Made by a program: the position numbers and the translations under genes
In this document: in pieces, positions 27,520 to 31,468 of the stretch
How the letters are laid out: each line of letters starts with the position of its first letter
Position numbering within the stretch: position 1 is the stretch's first letter
Assembly: GCA_043770395.1 (NCBI GenBank)
Contig: JAYVII010000046.1
Coordinates: forward strand, 1 to 31,468
Reading direction: 5' to 3'
Source of the DNA: a bacterium
Lineage (GTDB): Bacteria; Patescibacteriota; Minisyncoccia; Phycocordibacterales; UBA5272
DNA: 31,468 nucleotides
Notes under the pieces: generated by a model
Database searches by the model: none
What the model saw: only the letters and a program-made list of their open reading frames with translations
Told to the model about the DNA's origin: nothing

Positions 27520-29460
27520 ATGCTTATAGTTGAAGAATTAGTAAGACAAGGAAAAATATCTGAATTACAAAGTAGGGCTATAAAGTCTATAGGACTAAAT
27601 ATTGATAATTCAAACTTGGAACAAATATTGGCTCAGTATGATATAAATAGTACAGATATCTTAGCCGCTAGGGCTTCTGTATTTAATTTAAGTATAATAA
27701 ATTCCGAAAAAGTTAGCCTTGATGTATTGGATAAATTAAGCATTGAATATATTAAAGAAAATAAAATTATACCTATAAGTATTGAAAATGGTAGTTTAGT
27801 AATTGGCATTGTTGATCCTGAGTATAATGATGTAATGAATGGACTGCGACTAGAGATGCTTAAAAAAGGCTTGCCTTATAAAATTGGCATAATATCAGAA
27901 AATACATATAAAGTACTTTTGGAAAGCATCATGAATATGAAATCACAAAAAGATTTAGTATCAAATAATAATCAACAAATTGAAAATAAAGTAGAGATAG
28001 CAGGAGAACAAAAAAAGATAGAAGGAGAACAAGAAGAGGCCGAAGAAGCAGCAAAGCAGCAAGAAGAAATAGCTAATAAAATAAAGGAAGCACAAAGTAA
28101 AGCCGTTATTGAAACCAAAAAAGAAGAAGGAGTTACTTTTGCTGGATTAGTAAATCAAGCCCTGCACACAGAGGAACCAAGTAGTATAAATACACAAGAC
28201 ACTAAAGAAGAACTGCTATCGGAAGAAGGACTGGTGGATATATCTAATAATGATGGTGACCTGGCTAGATTGGAATCAGCAATTGACGGCACTGCAGTGG
28301 ACGAAATAAATACTATATTAAAATATTCTATTGATGGTGGAGCCTCTGATATACATATAGAGCATGCAGGTGAATACACTAGAATACGTGTGAGAGTGGA
28401 TGGAGAGCTCAAAGAAATTGCAGCTTTTGGTAAAAGTATGCATCCTATGATAGTAGCCAGAGTAAAGATATTGTCTGGTTTGCGATTGGACGAAAAAAGA
28501 AAGCCGCAAGATGGGCGTTTTTCGGTTATTATTAATTCTCACAAAGTGGATTTCCGTGTATCTACTATGCCAGGATATTATGGTGAAAAGATAGTTATGC
28601 GTATATTGGACTCTTATAGAGGTATAAGGAAATTAGAAGAAATAGGATTTTCTGCTAGGCATTTGGAACAAATTAGAGTGGCTTTGCGTAAACCATACGG
28701 TATGATTCTTATAAGCGGGCCTACAGGAAGTGGAAAAACTACTACACTTTATTCTATGTTAAATGAAATAGACAGAAAGACTAAAAATGTAGTTTCTTTG
28801 GAAGACCCTATAGAGTACAATGTCCCCAGTATGAATCAATCGCAAGTGTTTCCAGAAATAGGCTATACTTTTGCTTCGGGGTTGCGCTCTATATTACGTC
28901 AAGACCCAGATGTGATAATGGTGGGCGAAATACGTGATTCAGAGACGGCTCAACTGGCAGTGCAGGCGGCTCTTACGGGACACTTGGTATTTTCTACTAT
29001 ACATACCAATAATTCTGTAGGTGTAATTACTCGCCTAATAGATATGGAAGTAGACCCATTTTTGATTGCGCCTACTTTAAATTTGGCGATTGCTCAACGA
29101 CTCACCAGACAAATAGTAGACGGAGCAGCCGATCCGATATATGATAATCCTGGTGTAGATAAAATAGTAGAGACACAATTTGCTGATTTACCAGAAGAAT
29201 ATAAAAAAGAACTTAATTTAAAGAGACCAATGAATAATGCAAAGCCTACATCAGACAATCCTACTGGCATGAAAGGCCGCGTACCAGTACTTGAAATATT
29301 AGAAGTAGACAAAGATATACAAAAAGCCATAATAGACAAAAAGACAGATGAAGAAATATGGAAAATTGCCAGAAGTAAAGGTATGATAAATATGAGAGAA
29401 GACGCCATTATGAAAAGTATGGAAGGTAAAGTACCATTTGTGGAAATCAATAATTTATAA
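27520..29460 (+). CDS. pilB: Type IV pilus extension ATPase PilB/GspE
   Basis: ASDIHIE, RIRVDG, DEKRKPQDGRF, GPTGSGKTTTLY, EDPIEY, LRQDPDVIMVGEIRD, TGHLVFSTIHTN. Confidence 0.95.
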   Translation: MLIVEELVRQGKISELQSRAIKSIGLNIDNSNLEQILAQYDINSTDILAARASVFNLSIINSEKVSLDVLDKLSIEYIKENKIIPISIENGSLVIGIVDPEYNDVMNGLRLEMLKKGLPYKIGIISENTYKVLLESIMNMKSQKDLVSNNNQQIENKVEIAGEQKKIEGEQEEAEEAAKQQEEIANKIKEAQSKAVIETKKEEGVTFAGLVNQALHTEEPSSINTQDTKEELLSEEGLVDISNNDGDLARLESAIDGTAVDEINTILKYSIDGGASDIHIEHAGEYTRIRVRVDGELKEIAAFGKSMHPMIVARVKILSGLRLDEKRKPQDGRFSVIINSHKVDFRVSTMPGYYGEKIVMRILDSYRGIRKLEEIGFSARHLEQIRVALRKPYGMILISGPTGSGKTTTLYSMLNEIDRKTKNVVSLEDPIEYNVPSMNQSQVFPEIGYTFASGLRSILRQDPDVIMVGEIRDSETAQLAVQAALTGHLVFSTIHTNNSVGVITRLIDMEVDPFLIAPTLNLAIAQRLTRQIVDGAADPIYDNPGVDKIVETQFADLPEEYKKELNLKRPMNNAKPTSDNPTGMKGRVPVLEILEVDKDIQKAIIDKKTDEEIWKIARSKGMINMREDAIMKSMEGKVPFVEINNL

Positions 29461-29470
29461 AGTAAATACA

Positions 29471-29479
29471 TGCTATAAT
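29471..29479 (+). promoter_or_regulatory. Extended -10 (TGcTATAAT) 6 nt before the pilT ATG
   Basis: TGCTATAAT-tcaatt-ATG(29486); an internal promoter within the pil cluster. Confidence 0.6.
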
Positions 29480-29485
29480 TCAATT

Positions 29486-30550
29486 ATGGATTACACCTCA
29501 CTATTAGATAGCTTGATTATAACTTTGGTCAAAGAGAATGCCTCAGATCTGCATTTATTATATGGAGTAGAACCCACCATTAGATTGAGCGGTGAATTGA
29601 TCAAAGTTACAGCTGTTGGTAAATTAAATGAAGATACTATAATAAATATGCTCAAACTCATGATAAATGATAAGCTTTATGAGAGATTTGAAACTGAGAC
29701 ACAGTTGGATTTCTCTTATACTCACAGAGGAGAGTATAGATTGAGAGGCTCGGCCTATAAGCAGTCAGGCACTATAGCAATTTCAATAAGATTAATACCA
29801 AAAGTTAAAACCTTTGAAGAATTGAATTTACCAAGTAAAGTCTTGAATATGATAGGAGCAGTTAAACAGGGATTTTTCTTGGTTACTGGTCCTGTTGGGT
29901 CTGGCAAAAGCACCACTTTGGCTTCTATTATTTCTGATATGAATAAAAATGAGAAAAAAAATATAATAACAATAGAAGACCCAGTAGAATATATACATGA
30001 GCAAGGTCAATGTCTAATATCACAGAGAGAATTAGGTTTTGACGCTAATAGTTTCAGTTCTGCATTGTTGGCTACACTACGTCAGGATCCAGATGTTATT
30101 ATGATAGGAGAAATGAGAGATATAGAAACTATTTCTACTGCTGTTACCGCTGCAGAAACCAGTCATTTGGTGTTGTCTACTTTACATACTAATTCTGCGG
30201 CTCAAACCATAGATCGTATTATTGATGTGTTCCCCGGAGAAAAACAAAATCAAATTAGATTGCAATTAGCTTCTTGTCTTTTGGGTATTTTATCTCAGAG
30301 ACTTTTACCGAGAGTTTCTGGTGGTATGATACCGGCCTATGAATTATTAATAGTTACTCCAGCGGTACAGAATTTAATAAGAGAAAATAGGGCTTTTGAA
30401 ATAGATTTAATGATAGACACCGGTACTGATGTGGGCATGATAAGTTTGGATAGGTCTTTGGCTGAATTGGTGAGGTCCGGTGAAGTGCCTCTGGACGTAG
30501 CTGCCAAGTACGCTAAAAATGTAACTTTATTTGAAAGATATATAGGATAA
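29486..30550 (+). CDS. pilT: Type IV pilus retraction ATPase PilT (start revised from 29438)
   Basis: ASDLHL, GPVGSGKSTTLA, TIEDPVE, LRQDPDVIMIGEMRD, AETSHLVLSTLHT, IDRIIDVFP. Confidence 0.95.
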   Translation: MDYTSLLDSLIITLVKENASDLHLLYGVEPTIRLSGELIKVTAVGKLNEDTIINMLKLMINDKLYERFETETQLDFSYTHRGEYRLRGSAYKQSGTIAISIRLIPKVKTFEELNLPSKVLNMIGAVKQGFFLVTGPVGSGKSTTLASIISDMNKNEKKNIITIEDPVEYIHEQGQCLISQRELGFDANSFSSALLATLRQDPDVIMIGEMRDIETISTAVTAAETSHLVLSTLHTNSAAQTIDRIIDVFPGEKQNQIRLQLASCLLGILSQRLLPRVSGGMIPAYELLIVTPAVQNLIRENRAFEIDLMIDTGTDVGMISLDRSLAELVRSGEVPLDVAAKYAKNVTLFERYIG

Positions 30551-30558
30551 TACGAATT

Positions 30559-31468
30559 ATGATTTTTAAATATAAAGTAATAGATAAAAATGGAGCGGAA
30601 TTAGAAGGGTTATTAGAAACCGCTAATAGAGAGATGGCCGTATCTTCCTTACAGAGAAGGGAATATGTGATAGTTTCAGTAAATGAAAGTACGGATCAAA
30701 AAGGTAAATCTTTTAAAGACTATTTAACTTTGGATATACAAATTTTTAAACCAACAGTAAAAGATAAAGATATCGTTATATTCTCTAGGCAAATAGCCAC
30801 AATGTTTGAGGCGGGGGTGCAGGCCTTAAAATCTTTTAGACTATTAGCAGCGGAAAGTGACAATATGGCGTTACGTGAAGTATTAACCTCATTATCTGAT
30901 GATTTGCAATCTGGTGTTAGTCTTTATAAAGCCTTTCAAAAACATGAAAGAGTCTTTACTAAATTTTATATAAACCTTGTAAAAGCTGGTGAAGAAGCTG
31001 GTAAATTGTCAGAGACATTTTTATACTTAGCTGACTATATGGAAAGGTCTTATGAATTAAAACAAAAAACCAAAAAAGCCCTTACTTATCCAGCTTTTGT
31101 AGTAGCGACCTTTATCATTATTATGACTATAATGGTTATATTTGTAATACCAAAAATGGCAGACATGCTGACTCAGCAGGGCCAAGCTCTACCAGTGTTT
31201 ACTCAGATTGTGTTGGGTATAAGTAATGCCATAACAGGGTATTGGTATATTATAGGACCTGGACTGGTGGGTGCTTTTATAATGACCAAAAGATGGGCCG
31301 AAACTCCAGAAGGTAGAGCCTATTTGGATATAGTAAAACTAAAAATACCAGTAATAAATAATACATATGAGAAAATATTTTTGGCTAGATTGGCTGATAA
31401 TTTAAATACTATGTTGTCCTCTGGCGTATCTATAGTTAATGCTTTAGAAATCACCGCCGAAGTGGTAG
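30559..31468 (+). CDS. pilC: Type IV pilus platform protein PilC/GspF, partial; runs off the right edge
   Basis: Manual translation from ATG 30559: MIFKYKVIDKNG...FSRQIATMFEAGV...LVKAGEEAGKL...ALTYPAFVV...VIPKMA. Absent from the ORF track. Confidence 0.95.
   Translation, partial: MIFKYKVIDKNGAELEGLLETANREMAVSSLQRREYVIVSVNESTDQKGKSFKDYLTLDIQIFKPTVKDKDIVIFSRQIATMFEAGVQALKSFRLLAAESDNMALREVLTSLSDDLQSGVSLYKAFQKHERVFTKFYINLVKAGEEAGKLSETFLYLADYMERSYELKQKTKKALTYPAFVVATFIIIMTIMVIFVIPKMADMLTQQGQALPVFTQIVLGISNAITGYWYIIGPGLVGAFIMTKRWAETPEGRAYLDIVKLKIPVINNTYEKIFLARLADNLNTMLSSGVSIVNALEITAEVV

Noticed and set aside
925-30010. Short antisense ORFs in the track (e.g. 4386-4766, 15048-15737, 21620-21934, 29094-29483)
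   Set aside because: They shadow well-supported genes and have no recognisable motifs.
1-31468. DGR template repeat, reverse transcriptase or Avd in the window
   Set aside because: No second copy of 21090-21203 found by eye on either strand, and no ORF with RT motifs.
1-31468. CRISPR array, IS element, rRNA or prophage
   Set aside because: No regularly spaced repeats, transposase, rRNA-like or phage structural genes seen.
1-31468. Alternative genetic code (UGA=Gly, as in Gracilibacteria/SR1)
   Set aside because: Conserved genes are full length under the standard code and some end at TGA (e.g. the acyltransferase, pilN).

Overview
AT-rich bacterial chromosome segment read with the standard code. 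Gene content and style suggest a Patescibacteria/CPR (Parcubacteria-like) genome; this is an inference. In order: (1) a GT4 glycosyltransferase cut by the left edge and missed by the ORF track, divergent from a large O-antigen-ligase/oligosaccharyltransferase-like TPR membrane protein; (2) tsaD, rlmH, tRNA-Val(GAC), a GC-rich orphan gene and dsbB; (3) a ~12 kb mixed-orientation surface-glycan cluster (2 FkbM methyltransferases, GT-D fold GT, carbamoyltransferase, 2 GT32, GT25, GT2, OafA acyltransferase, SAM methyltransferase, flippase); (4) a ~930 aa AAA_5/MoxR-like ATPase; (5) uvrA; (6) comF divergent from pilM-pilN-pilO-pilB-pilT-pilC (pilC cut by the right edge). The best lead is the 3' end of the ATPase. 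Its last 38 sense codons before AAA-TAG are strongly adenine-depleted and read like a diversity-generating retroelement (DGR) variable region, yet I found no template repeat or reverse transcriptase in the window. Other signals: GC-rich GNA-triloop palindromes, some inside coding sequences, and an extended -10 box 6-7 nt before many start codons (leaderless expression). All counts are manual and no database searches were run.
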